From: an uncultured Ectothiorhodospiraceae bacterium
Lineage (GTDB): Bacteria > Pseudomonadota > Gammaproteobacteria > JAABTG01
DNA length: 43,071 nucleotides
Assembly: GCA_964461215.1 (NCBI GenBank)
Contig: CAYWTP010000002.1
Location: forward strand, 1-43,071
Reading direction: 5' to 3'
The translations under genes were made by a program, and so were the position numbers. The notes under the pieces were generated by a model. That model worked only from the letters and a program-made list of their open reading frames with translations, made no database searches and had not been told where the DNA came from. This document shows positions 8,993-17,414 of the stretch, one piece after another (positions within the stretch are counted from its first letter, which is position 1; each line of letters begins with the position of its first letter).

Positions 8993-9820
8993 TCAGTCCT
9001 GGGCATCCGGCTTAATTTGGGACCTGCCCACGAACAAGGAGGCCACGGCCATCCAGAAAACGTCCGACAGTGCCGTATGGGTAGTGGCCGCGTCCTGTTG
9101 CTCCTCTACCGACGAGATGAGGCTGCGGTCCTGGCGCATCACCGCGCTGCGAGGCAGCACACCTTCGAAGATCCCCAGCCGGTTGACCACCGGCAGGTTC
9201 TCGTTGGTGATCCATGCGGGATGATTCTCCACCGTGTGCATACTCGCTCTGGCGTGCAGGATCACCTGGGTCGGCTCCATGATGCGCCCCACCGGCGTGC
9301 GGTCCTTCTCGGCCAGTAGCCGGCACAGGTCCACCATGCCCTTGAGCCGCCGCCGCTCATCGAGCACGTACAGGTGCTGGGTCAGTTGATCGGCCGTCTT
9401 GCGTGTCAGGCGCACCGCCTCAACCACTCGCAGGTCCGGAGTCAGGGTCAGCACGTCGGTGTCGATCACCGAGCCGATGACCCCTTCCGGGTAGCGCATG
9501 CGGATGCGCAGCCGTACCCCAGTGGTGCGGGGCAGGGCGGCAAACAGCTCCCGCAGCCGCGCTCGCTCCATGCCCCGCAGGCGAACCGCCGCGGCTTCCG
9601 TGGGCATGCGGGCCACGATCCGGACCACCGCCTCCCGGTCCATGCGCAGCAGGGCGCGGGATGCCGCCGAAGGGGTCATGTGGCTCAGCACGTCCGCCGC
9701 CAGCCGCGGGGGGCTCTCGCCGAGGAAGGCCGCCAGCTCGCGCTCGTCCAGGCGTGCCAGAACCCGGGCGGCATCGTCGGGATGCAGATCCATGTAGCCG
9801 GCCGTGAGTAGATCAAGCAT
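8993..9820 (-). CDS. stand-alone MgtE-N-like + CBS-pair protein (no transmembrane transport domain)
   Basis: 275 aa. The N-terminal helical repeat resembles the MgtE N domain (DAARVLARLDERELAAFL...VRIVARMPTEAAAV). It is followed by CBS-like segments (LYVLDERRRLKGMVDLCRLL, LPVVNRLGIFEGVLPRSAVM). The stop is 3 nt from the mgtE start. Confidence 0.7.
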   Translation of the reverse strand: MLDLLTAGYMDLHPDDAARVLARLDERELAAFLGESPPRLAADVLSHMTPSAASRALLRMDREAVVRIVARMPTEAAAVRLRGMERARLRELFAALPRTTGVRLRIRMRYPEGVIGSVIDTDVLTLTPDLRVVEAVRLTRKTADQLTQHLYVLDERRRLKGMVDLCRLLAEKDRTPVGRIMEPTQVILHARASMHTVENHPAWITNENLPVVNRLGIFEGVLPRSAVMRQDRSLISSVEEQQDAATTHTALSDVFWMAVASLFVGRSQIKPDAQD

Positions 9821-10655
9821 TGGATTCTTCCTCGTCGTCCCTCAGGACCGAAACCTGCTCGGTAAACAACCGGGCGGGCACCACCGCCGCGCCTTCGTCG
9901 GTCTCGATGACCACGGCAACCGGAGTCAGCTCCAGGATCTCCCCCTTGTACTCCCGGATCTGAACGGTCTGCCCCGGCCTGTAGATCTTGCGCAGGTAAT
10001 GAGAGGCCATGATGTTGCGCACCGAGTCCCCCGCGCCGAGCCCGAAGGCCAGGGCGGCGCTGCCGAAGATGGAGGCGGCGGCCAGGGTGATGATGTTGGC
10101 CAGCAGCGTGACGTCCAGCCCCACCTCGTCAAGGGCCAGCAGGAGCGTGAATGCGAGAATGATCCCCGCTACCACTCGGCCCAGCAGCAAGGCGTGCTTG
10201 AAGCCGCCCGACTCGGCCACCGCCGCGATCAGATCCCGTACCCCGCCACTGACCAGATAGCCGATAAACAGAATCAGCCCGCTGATGAGCAGTCGGGGCA
10301 GATAGCCCACCAGCTCTCGCAGCCAGCGGGCCATGGCCGTCAGGCCCAGAATCTCCGAGGCACCGATGACGGCCCAGAACACCACCAGCCAGAAGGCAAC
10401 GGCAGCCACGATACCCGATAGAGCCCAGCGCAGCCGTACCGGCTCGCGGCCGGCACGCCGGTGAAAGGCCGCAAGCAGGGCATCGAGTCCCTTGCCGAAG
10501 CGCAGGGTAACCCAGCGTGCGACCCGGGCCGCACTCCACCCCAGCAGGATGATGATCAGCGCCCCCGCCAGCTTGGGTAGGTACGCCTCCACGGCGGTGG
10601 CGGACTGACTCACCACCTGCTCGATCCAGATGGTGGGATCTTCCAGGATGTTCAT
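9813..10655 (-). CDS. MscS-family mechanosensitive channel-like protein (TM-helix repeats + MscS beta domain)
   Basis: 280 aa with several TM helices, then GSAALAFGLGAGDSVRNIMASHYLRKIYRPGQTVQIREYKGEILELTPVAVVIETDEG, an MscS pore-helix/beta-domain pattern. Overlaps the next gene by 8 nt. Confidence 0.7.
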   Translation of the reverse strand: MNILEDPTIWIEQVVSQSATAVEAYLPKLAGALIIILLGWSAARVARWVTLRFGKGLDALLAAFHRRAGREPVRLRWALSGIVAAVAFWLVVFWAVIGASEILGLTAMARWLRELVGYLPRLLISGLILFIGYLVSGGVRDLIAAVAESGGFKHALLLGRVVAGIILAFTLLLALDEVGLDVTLLANIITLAAASIFGSAALAFGLGAGDSVRNIMASHYLRKIYRPGQTVQIREYKGEILELTPVAVVIETDEGAAVVPARLFTEQVSVLRDDEEESNA

Positions 10656-10890
10656 GATCGGAGCACTCAGACGGCCAAACCAGGCGAATCCCCGGCCCGT
10701 GTTTCCGATCCCTGCGTTATCCGGAAGCCTGGCGGCGGGTCAGCGGGCCACGCCGGAAACGTATATGTACCCAGGCGGGAAAGCAAGATGACGCGGGCGA
10801 GCTGACACCGGTCAAGGCGCCAGCCGCGCCGCCGGGCTACAAAGAACCGGTGGAAGCAATGGCCGGAATCTATCCAGAGGAGATCGGACG

Positions 10891-11334
10891 ATGAGCGGAT
10901 ATACGCACATATTGGCTGCGGTTGATTTCTCGGCATTCAGCGAGCAAGTCGTGGACAAGGCTACGCGGCTCGCTGCCTTGCACGGTGCCAAGCTCTCGCT
11001 GCTGCACGTGGTGGAGTTCTTCCCGGAGGACATCCCCCTGGAATGGATAGCTCCGGAAAACAAGGATCCCGCGCTGTACCTCCAAGCCCGTGCCCGCGAC
11101 AAGCTGGTGGACCTGGCCAGGCGGGTGGGTGTGGAGTCCTTCGAGGTGGAGGTCTTACTGACTACGCATTCAGCGGGACACGAGATTGCCCGGGTAGCCG
11201 ATGAGCAGCAAGCGGACCTCATGATCATCGGCTCCCACGGCCGTGGCGGCTTCTCGCCGCATACAGGTCCTACCGCCCATGCGGTGCTGCACCGGGCCCA
11301 CTGCGACGTGCTGGTGGTGCGGGTTGCAGCCTGA
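10891..11334 (+). CDS. universal stress protein (UspA family)
   Basis: 147 aa with HILAAVDFS, LSLLHVVE and DLMIIGSHGRGG...GPTAHAVLHRAHCDVLVV. GAGGAG RBS upstream. Confidence 0.85.
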   Translation: MSGYTHILAAVDFSAFSEQVVDKATRLAALHGAKLSLLHVVEFFPEDIPLEWIAPENKDPALYLQARARDKLVDLARRVGVESFEVEVLLTTHSAGHEIARVADEQQADLMIIGSHGRGGFSPHTGPTAHAVLHRAHCDVLVVRVAA

Positions 11335-11440
11335 AACCTTGCGCTTGTTCTCCTTCTAGTGTGCTGGCCCGGATTCCGCCGCCAATCTCGCTGAGTTCGC
11401 CGACCTTGCCAATGCCCGGAAGGGGCGAGCCGTGGCAGTG

Positions 11441-11469
11441 TTGACAATAATAATCGTTCGCATTACGAT
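11441..11469 (+). promoter_or_regulatory. sigma70-like promoter with an overlapping Fur-box-like site, upstream of ftrB
   Basis: TTGACA (11441-11446), a 17-nt spacer, then TACGAT (11464-11469). The 19-mer GACAATAATAATCGTTCGC (11443-11461) matches the Fur consensus GATAATGATAATCATTATC at 14/19 positions (hand-counted). Confidence 0.45.
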
Positions 11470-11515
11470 TCATCCGCAATGAGTGCTCACGATTGAATTA
11501 ATCCACGAGGCCGCG

Positions 11516-11851
11516 ATGACCAAAGCGATCCGGTTGACGATCCCTGCCCTGGTTGCGCTCGGCATCGCCTTGCCGGCGCTGGCCGCGGACGAGGCCTACG
11601 TGCTGGTGATCCAGGACCACCGCTTCGAGCCGGCCGAGATCACGGTGCCGGCGGGCCAGCGCGTCAAGCTGGTGGTGGAGAATCGGGACACCACCCCCGA
11701 GGAGTTCGAGAGCAGTGATCTGCGCCGGGAGAAGATCATTCCCGGCAACGGCAAGGCCACGATCTGGCTGGGGCCGCTGCCGCAGGGGGAATACCAATTC
11801 GTCGGGGAGTTCCATGAGTCCACCGCCCAAGGCAAGCTGATTGCCCAGTGA
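11516..11851 (+). CDS. ftrB: periplasmic cupredoxin-fold protein of the Ftr iron-uptake system
   Basis: Trimmed to MTKAIRLTIPALVALGIALPALAADE (signal peptide), 111 aa. Contains ITVPAGQRVKLVVENRD...EEFES...GEYQFVGEFH. It sits directly upstream of the FTR1 permease gene. Confidence 0.7.
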   Translation: MTKAIRLTIPALVALGIALPALAADEAYVLVIQDHRFEPAEITVPAGQRVKLVVENRDTTPEEFESSDLRREKIIPGNGKATIWLGPLPQGEYQFVGEFHESTAQGKLIAQ

Positions 11852-11858
11852 GGTCAAC

Positions 11859-12698
11859 ATGTTGGGTTCTGCGCTGATTGTGTTTAGGGAAGTTCTGGAG
11901 GCGGCTCTCATCATCGCCATCGTCATGGGGGCTACCCGGGGGGTTGCAGGCCGGGGTCGCTGGGTAACGGCAGGAGTCTCGGCCGGGGTGCTCGGGGCCG
12001 TGGTCGTGGCGGTCTTCGCTGGCGGCATCGCCGACGCCGTGGACGGCAGGGGCCAGGAGCTGCTGAATGCCTCGGTGCTGCTGGCAGCGGTGCTGATGCT
12101 GGCCTGGCACAACGTCTGGATGAGTGCGCACGGCCGGGCGCTGGCGCAGCAGATGAAGCAGGTGGGTCACGACGTGAGCGTAGGGTCCAAGCCGCTCTCG
12201 GCGTTGGCCCTGGTCACCCTGTTCGCCGTCCTGCGCGAGGGCTCGGAGACCGTGCTGTTCCTGTATGGGCTAACCGCCAGCGGCACCGGCGGCGTGACGC
12301 TGGTGCTGGGCGGATTGCTCGGCCTGGTGGCCGGTGCGGCGCTGGGCTGGTTCCTTTACCGGGGACTGCTGAGCATTCCCATCGGTCACTTCTTCTCGTT
12401 CACGGGCTGGCTGGTGTTGCTGCTGGCGGCAGGGCTGGCGGCCAACGCGGCGGGCTTCCTCAGCCAGGCCGGGCTGCTCCCGGTGCTCTCGCCGCAGGTG
12501 TGGGACAGCTCCGGGGTCCTCAGCCAGCAGAGCTGGCTCGGCACGCTGCTGCATATCCTGGTGGGCTACAACGACCGGCCCAGCGGTATCCAGCTTGCGT
12601 TCTATCTGACCACCCTCGGGGCCATTTACGGGCTCATGCGCTTGTTCGGTCCGGCAGCAAGCCGCCGGCGCGCGGCACCCGTCGAGCAGGCGGCGTGA
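11859..12698 (+). CDS. ftrC: FTR1-family high-affinity iron permease
   Basis: ATG at 11859 (MLGSALIVFREVLEAALI). Has two REXXE motifs (REVLE, REGSE). 279 aa, polytopic. Confidence 0.9.
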   Translation: MLGSALIVFREVLEAALIIAIVMGATRGVAGRGRWVTAGVSAGVLGAVVVAVFAGGIADAVDGRGQELLNASVLLAAVLMLAWHNVWMSAHGRALAQQMKQVGHDVSVGSKPLSALALVTLFAVLREGSETVLFLYGLTASGTGGVTLVLGGLLGLVAGAALGWFLYRGLLSIPIGHFFSFTGWLVLLLAAGLAANAAGFLSQAGLLPVLSPQVWDSSGVLSQQSWLGTLLHILVGYNDRPSGIQLAFYLTTLGAIYGLMRLFGPAASRRRAAPVEQAA

Positions 12699-14128
12699 GA
12701 GTGAGGGCGAAGCCCATACAGGAGCTGCCCGTCTTTCCGGTGCCAGTGCGCATCCAGGGCGCCGATGCCGCCGACTCCGGACCCCTGGCCTCGCGGATCG
12801 AGGCCGTTGCCGTTAGCCTGCGTCCGTGGCTGCCGTGGGTGCACGCGGCGATGTTCGTGGCCTTCTTGTGCCTGGTCGTGGGGCCGGTGCTGTTGCCCGC
12901 CAGCAATCTCGCGACGCAGGCGGCAAGCGTGGCCAATTGGCTGATCTGGGGGCTGTGGTTTCCCCTGGTATTCCTGTCGGTCTTGGTTGCCGGCCGAGCC
13001 TGGTGCGGGATCTTGTGTCCTATGGGTGCGGCTTCCCAGTGGATGAACCGCCTGGGGCCGAAGCGCCCCATACCCGGCTGGCTGCGCTGGGAGGGCACAC
13101 CCATCGTCAGCTTTGTGCTGGTTACCGTGCTGGGACAGACGGTGGGGGTACGTGACTACCCCGGTGCCCTGCTGGAGGTGTTCGGCGGTACGCTGCTCGC
13201 CGCGCTGGCCATAGGCTTTCTGTACGGGCGGGGGCGCGATAAGCGTGCCTGGTGCCGGCATGCCTGTCCCATCGGGCTGCTGCTGGGGGTATTTTCGCGC
13301 CTGGGCATTGCCGATTTGGTGCCCAAGCGCCTGCGCGCCGGCGGCGACGCGCACGTGGAGAAGGGCTTGTGCCCCACCATGATCGACATCAACCGCAAGA
13401 CCGAGAGCCGGCATTGCATCATGTGCATGCGCTGCGTGCAGCCGGGGCGGCGCGGGGGGCTGACGTTGCGGCTGCGGGCACCCGGTGAAGAGGTGGCCGC
13501 CATCGAGCGCCACCATCCGGCGGCTTCGGAGCTGTGGTTTCTGCTGCTAGGTACGGGGGTGGCCCTGGGCGCCTTCCTGTGGCTGGTGCTGCCTCAGTAC
13601 CAGGGGCTGCGCCAGTGGCTCGGCGTATGGGCCATCGACCACGGCTGGTATTGGGTCGGTCGTCCGGGCCCCGGGCTGCTGATGGTGGTGCACCCGGAGG
13701 CGCGCGAGGTCTTCGTGTGGCTGGACTTCCTGCTGATCGTCGGCTGGATGGTGGCCGTCATGGTCGTGTTTGCGGCCGGGCTCGCGGCGCTCAACGCCGC
13801 CGCAGTCTGGATGGCCGGACGCCTGGGTGCCAGGGGGCCGGCGCGGAAGCGCTTCGTGAGCCTGGGTTATCAGTTTGCGCCCGTGGCGATGATCTCCTTG
13901 CTCCTGGGTCTGGGCGGCGAGCTGTTTGCCCTGCTGCCTGCCCGCGAAGCCGTTGCATTCAAGTCCACCTTGCTGGCGCTTGCCCTGGCCTGGGGGCTGC
14001 TGCTCGGCTGGCGGATACTGGCCGCCCAGGGCCTGCGTGGCTGGCGGGCGAGCCTGGCGCTGCTCCCCGGGCTGGCGGGGGCCGCGGCAGTGGCCGGTGC
14101 CTGGTGGCCTGCCCTGGGCGGAGCCTGA
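12695..14128 (+). CDS. ftrD: membrane polyferredoxin (4Fe-4S, NapH/MauN-like)
   Basis: GTG at 12695 overlaps the ftrC stop (GTGA); an alternative GTG lies at 12701. Cys clusters: WCGILCPMG, WCRHACPIG, CPTMID...HCIMCMRCV. Multiple TM helices. Confidence 0.8.
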   Translation: MRVRAKPIQELPVFPVPVRIQGADAADSGPLASRIEAVAVSLRPWLPWVHAAMFVAFLCLVVGPVLLPASNLATQAASVANWLIWGLWFPLVFLSVLVAGRAWCGILCPMGAASQWMNRLGPKRPIPGWLRWEGTPIVSFVLVTVLGQTVGVRDYPGALLEVFGGTLLAALAIGFLYGRGRDKRAWCRHACPIGLLLGVFSRLGIADLVPKRLRAGGDAHVEKGLCPTMIDINRKTESRHCIMCMRCVQPGRRGGLTLRLRAPGEEVAAIERHHPAASELWFLLLGTGVALGAFLWLVLPQYQGLRQWLGVWAIDHGWYWVGRPGPGLLMVVHPEAREVFVWLDFLLIVGWMVAVMVVFAAGLAALNAAAVWMAGRLGARGPARKRFVSLGYQFAPVAMISLLLGLGGELFALLPAREAVAFKSTLLALALAWGLLLGWRILAAQGLRGWRASLALLPGLAGAAAVAGAWWPALGGA

Positions 14129-14142
14129 CGGCTCTTTTTTTT
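14121..14142 (+). terminator. weak intrinsic-terminator-like hairpin plus T8 run after ftrD
   Basis: GAGCC (14121-14125) / GGCTC (14130-14134) form a 5-bp stem with loop TGAC, which contains the ftrD stop codon. TTTTTTTT follows at 14135-14142. Confidence 0.35.
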
Positions 14143-14227
14143 GGGCCTTAGATGGTAATGATTCTTGTTCAACAAACGGGTGATACCCGGGGCCTGACCC
14201 CCCATAGCTACTATCACGAGGTGTCCT

Positions 14228-14764
14228 ATGAAGACCAAACTCCCTTCACTATCGCTTGCGATGTCTCTCGCAGTCCTGCTGGCCGGCGGCGCCAGGGCGG
14301 CGGAGTTTCCAATCGGCAAGCCGGTGCAGCGCAACGGTATGGAGATAGGCGCGGTGTACCTGCAGCCGGTGGTGATGCAGCCGATGCTGCCCGGTATGGC
14401 TGCCGATCCCGACGTCCACCTCGAGGCGGATGTGCGTGCGATGCCCAAGAACCCTAACGGCTTCGGGCCGGGGGAGTGGGTGCCGTACCTGGGCATCACG
14501 TATCGGATGCAGAAGCTCGGCAGCGAGTGGGAGCAATTCGGGCCCTTCATGCCCATGGTGGCCAGCGACGGCCCGCACTACGGCGCCAACGTAAAGCTCG
14601 ACGGGCCGGGCAAGTATCGCCTGACCTACCGCTTCCAGCCGCCGCCTTATCAGGGATTCTACCGGCACACGGATAAGGAGACGGGCGTGGCGCCGTGGTG
14701 GTCGCCGTTCGACGTGAGCTGGGAGTTCACCTACATCGGCGTGGGCAAGAAGGGCGGATACTAA
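14228..14764 (+). CDS. ftrA: periplasmic P19/Tpd-family iron (Fe/Cu) binding protein
   Basis: 178 aa with a signal peptide (LLAGGARA|AE). Contains MEIGAVYLQPV, HLEADV...NPNGF..GEWVPYL and GPHYGANVKL. Confidence 0.85.
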   Translation: MKTKLPSLSLAMSLAVLLAGGARAAEFPIGKPVQRNGMEIGAVYLQPVVMQPMLPGMAADPDVHLEADVRAMPKNPNGFGPGEWVPYLGITYRMQKLGSEWEQFGPFMPMVASDGPHYGANVKLDGPGKYRLTYRFQPPPYQGFYRHTDKETGVAPWWSPFDVSWEFTYIGVGKKGGY

Positions 14765-14846
14765 CCGCCGCAAGCCAGCCATATGCGGGTTGCTCTCAGT
14801 GACCACATACTAGCCAACAGGTACGGCACTCTCGGGAGAAGAAGCT

Positions 14847-15014
14847 ATGTCCTGCAAACACAACGACGACTCGAGCCAGGCGGCAAACTTCAGGGATAGC
14901 ATTCCTGTGGAAGCCGCTTCCGTAAAGATTCAACCGATCGCACCGGCGTCTGCGTGCAGCGGAAACTGCTTGCACTGCACACGGCGCCACGCCAAGTCCC
15001 CGACGCGAGCGTGA
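14847..15014 (+). CDS. candidate small Cys-rich protein (55 aa)
   Basis: Not in the track (under 60 aa). ATG at 14847 is preceded by GGGAGAA (14834-14840). My translation is MSCKHNDDSSQAANFRDSIPVEAASVKIQPIAPASACSGNCLHCTRRHAKSPTRA, with a CxxxCxxC cluster. About 40 of 55 codons have G/C in the third position (hand-counted), although the surrounding DNA looks less GC-rich. Confidence 0.3.
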   Translation: MSCKHNDDSSQAANFRDSIPVEAASVKIQPIAPASACSGNCLHCTRRHAKSPTRA

Positions 15015-15096
15015 CATGGGCGGTGGCGGCGTGAAGCAGCGAGAGCGCAGCGTCCGTGCTCCAGTCTCATGGTACCGGCGCTCCATTGGAGGTCTC

Positions 15097-16230
15097 TTGC
15101 CGTCGCCTGGATTTGGGCGTCATCAATCGGGCAGTGCAGGGCTGGCGCATCTCACCTGGCTGGCGGTGGCCGGCGCGGGCCTGCCGGGTACCGCTTGGGC
15201 GGAGGATGGCCTTGGCTTCGAAGGTACAGTCATCGGCACCTATCAGACGGCAGAACACGCCAGTGTCTCGGGGCAGCCGGTGCGCGCGGAAGGCAGTGGT
15301 GCGCTGGACCTCTCCCTGAGCCTGCCCGCTGCCGGCGGCGCCGTGGAGGCCCAGGTCAGAGGAGCCACGACGCCCAGGCGAAACGGGGTGGCCGCCGTGC
15401 TGCCCGAGGCGAACGCTTCCGTAGGCGAAACCCTGGACAACGACGATCAGGGGCGCATTGTCGTCTGGCAGGCATTCTTCCGGCACGACCTGGGTCCGGG
15501 GTCGCTAGCCGCAGGGCTCATCGACCCCAGCGGCTGGCTGGATGGCAATGACGTCGCCAACAACGAGTTTACGCAGTTTCTGGGTGCGAGCTTCGTCAAC
15601 AATCTGACCATCGATCTGCCCAGCGCGACCATTGGTGCCGCCTATACCGCCGGGCTCGCAGATGGCTGGGCAGTGGCGGTCCTGGCGGCCAATGCCACCG
15701 GAATCGAGCCGGATTACGAGCAGGCTCTTCACCTGGGCCGGCACGGCAACGGCATGTTTGCCGCAGTCGAGGTCCAGTGGTCGGGACCGGATCTGGGAGC
15801 CAATCTGGGTGTCTGGACCAATACGCGCAAGCACGACACCGACGGCGACGGCATCGACGATGAGCGGCTGAAGGCGGCCTCGGCCAGCGGTGTCTATGCG
15901 AACCTCTCCGGACCGCTGGGGCGAGGGCGCTGGAACCTGCGGCTGGGTGGCGCCGACGCCGGCGTGCAGCCGGCCGCCGGCTTCGTGGGGCTCGCTCTTG
16001 CCTACCCGGTCGGTAATGCCGTGCTCGGCATGGGGGCCGCGCACACCATCGCCTCACACAAGCTTCCTGCTCCGCATCGGGACCTGAGCCAGGCCGAAGT
16101 GTATCTGCGCGTGCCGCTGGGCCGGGGATTCACCATCAGCCCGGACGTTCAGTACATCGCGCACAGTGACTTCAACCCCTCCCAGAATGGCACCTGGATA
16201 GCTGGCCTGCGTATGGCTTGGAGCTTCTAA
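15097..16230 (+). CDS. outer-membrane porin, OprB/carbohydrate-porin-like
   Basis: TTG at 15097 is preceded by GGAGG (15088-15092), giving the signal peptide ...LTWLAVAGAGLPGTAWA|EDG. Contains NNEFTQFLGASFVNN. It has an alternating beta-strand pattern and an aromatic C-terminus (RMAWSF). Confidence 0.55.
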   Translation: MPSPGFGRHQSGSAGLAHLTWLAVAGAGLPGTAWAEDGLGFEGTVIGTYQTAEHASVSGQPVRAEGSGALDLSLSLPAAGGAVEAQVRGATTPRRNGVAAVLPEANASVGETLDNDDQGRIVVWQAFFRHDLGPGSLAAGLIDPSGWLDGNDVANNEFTQFLGASFVNNLTIDLPSATIGAAYTAGLADGWAVAVLAANATGIEPDYEQALHLGRHGNGMFAAVEVQWSGPDLGANLGVWTNTRKHDTDGDGIDDERLKAASASGVYANLSGPLGRGRWNLRLGGADAGVQPAAGFVGLALAYPVGNAVLGMGAAHTIASHKLPAPHRDLSQAEVYLRVPLGRGFTISPDVQYIAHSDFNPSQNGTWIAGLRMAWSF

Positions 16231-16302
16231 ATTTTGCTTCGTCATACTCGGGCTGGCGGTCCGGAGGGTCTTTCCGCGACACGCTCAGGGGCGAAGCGGG
16301 AC

Positions 16303-16323
16303 CGAAGGGCCGGTGGCCCTTCG
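16303..16323. terminator. GC-rich hairpin between the convergent porin and tauE genes
   Basis: CGAAGGGCC-ggt-GGCCCTTCG forms a perfect 9-bp stem. There is no clear T run. A second hairpin, CATGCCA-aga-TGGCATG, lies at 16340-16356. Confidence 0.3.
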
Positions 16324-16394
16324 CAGCCCGGTGAGCGCCCATGCCAAGATGGCATGGCTTGCTCCGCAATCGACCCTTAACGCTGGTGGGGCGC

Positions 16395-17186
16395 TTAGCT
16401 GCTGAGCAGGTGCATTCCCACGACGATTAGAAATAGGGCGAACACCCGCCGCAAGGTGGCGGTGGGCAGAGTGTGAGCCAGACGTGCGCCGAGGCCGGCG
16501 AACAGGGTGCTGGTGGTTACGATGCCGGCGAATGCCGGCCAGTACACGTAGCCGGTGCTCCAGGCAGGGAGATCCGGGTGAGCCCAGCCGGTCGCCACGA
16601 AGCCGGAGGCGCCCGCCACCGCAATGGGCAGGCCGCAGGCCGAGGAGGTGGCCACGGCGTTGCGCACCTGGACGTTGCACCAGATCAGAAAAGGCACCGT
16701 CAGACTGCCGCCGCCTATACCCACCACCGCCGAGACGGCACCGATGATGCCGCCGGCGATCCCCATGCCCACTGTTCCCGGAAGCGTACGGTGCGGCGCG
16801 GGCCGCAGGCCGAAGCCCATCTGCGCCGCAACCAGCAGCGCGAAGAGGCCGAATACCGTGCGCAGGGCCGGGCCGGATAGGTGCCCGGCCAGGCTGGCCC
16901 CCGCCAGTGCGCCCAGCACGATTCCCGGCGTGAGGCTGGCGAAGGCGCTCCACAGCACGGCGCCGCGGCGGTGATGGGCGCGCACCGAGGCGATGGAGGT
17001 GATGACGATGGTGGCCAGCGAGGTACCCACCGCCACGTGCATGACCAGATCGGGACCCAGCCCGAAGGCGGCGAACGCGTAGGCCAGGGCGGGGACGATG
17101 ATCAGTCCGCCGCCTACACCCAGCAGGCCGGCCAGCACCCCGACTAGGGCACCCAGAACAAGGTAGAGAACGAACGCGGTCAGCAC
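16395..17186 (-). CDS. TauE/SafE (TSUP) family sulfite/anion exporter
   Basis: 263 aa, polytopic, with a repeated GVGGG / GIGGGS motif. Confidence 0.85.
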   Translation of the reverse strand: MLTAFVLYLVLGALVGVLAGLLGVGGGLIIVPALAYAFAAFGLGPDLVMHVAVGTSLATIVITSIASVRAHHRRGAVLWSAFASLTPGIVLGALAGASLAGHLSGPALRTVFGLFALLVAAQMGFGLRPAPHRTLPGTVGMGIAGGIIGAVSAVVGIGGGSLTVPFLIWCNVQVRNAVATSSACGLPIAVAGASGFVATGWAHPDLPAWSTGYVYWPAFAGIVTTSTLFAGLGARLAHTLPTATLRRVFALFLIVVGMHLLSS

Positions 17187-17414
17187 GGGATCTCTTCGTC
17201 GAGCTGCTCCGGCGGTGCCGCCGGCCGTGGGAGGGGGCCAAACTGGACGGCACCCGCTAGGCGCTCATCATGCCCTACGTTCCGCCGGGATGAAATCGGC
17301 TCAACCTGGCCGACAACAGGAGTAAGATGGCCCGGCCCAATGCACGAAGGCGGGTTCGGCCGGGAAACACACACAGAAGCGCTACCAGCCACTGCCGGTA
17401 TTGGCTCATCAACT

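Noticed and set aside
10656-10890. Possible Mg2+ riboswitch or leader upstream of the MscS-like/MgtE operon
   Set aside because: I could not recognise an M-box-like core or a convincing terminator/antiterminator pair by eye. The region is more simply a divergent promoter spacer shared with uspA.
14796-15086. 96-aa minus-strand ORF in the ftrA-porin spacer
   Set aside because: It has no RBS or start context that I could see and an odd composition. The plus-strand 55-aa ORF in the same DNA has an RBS and better codon bias, and even that one is only tentative.
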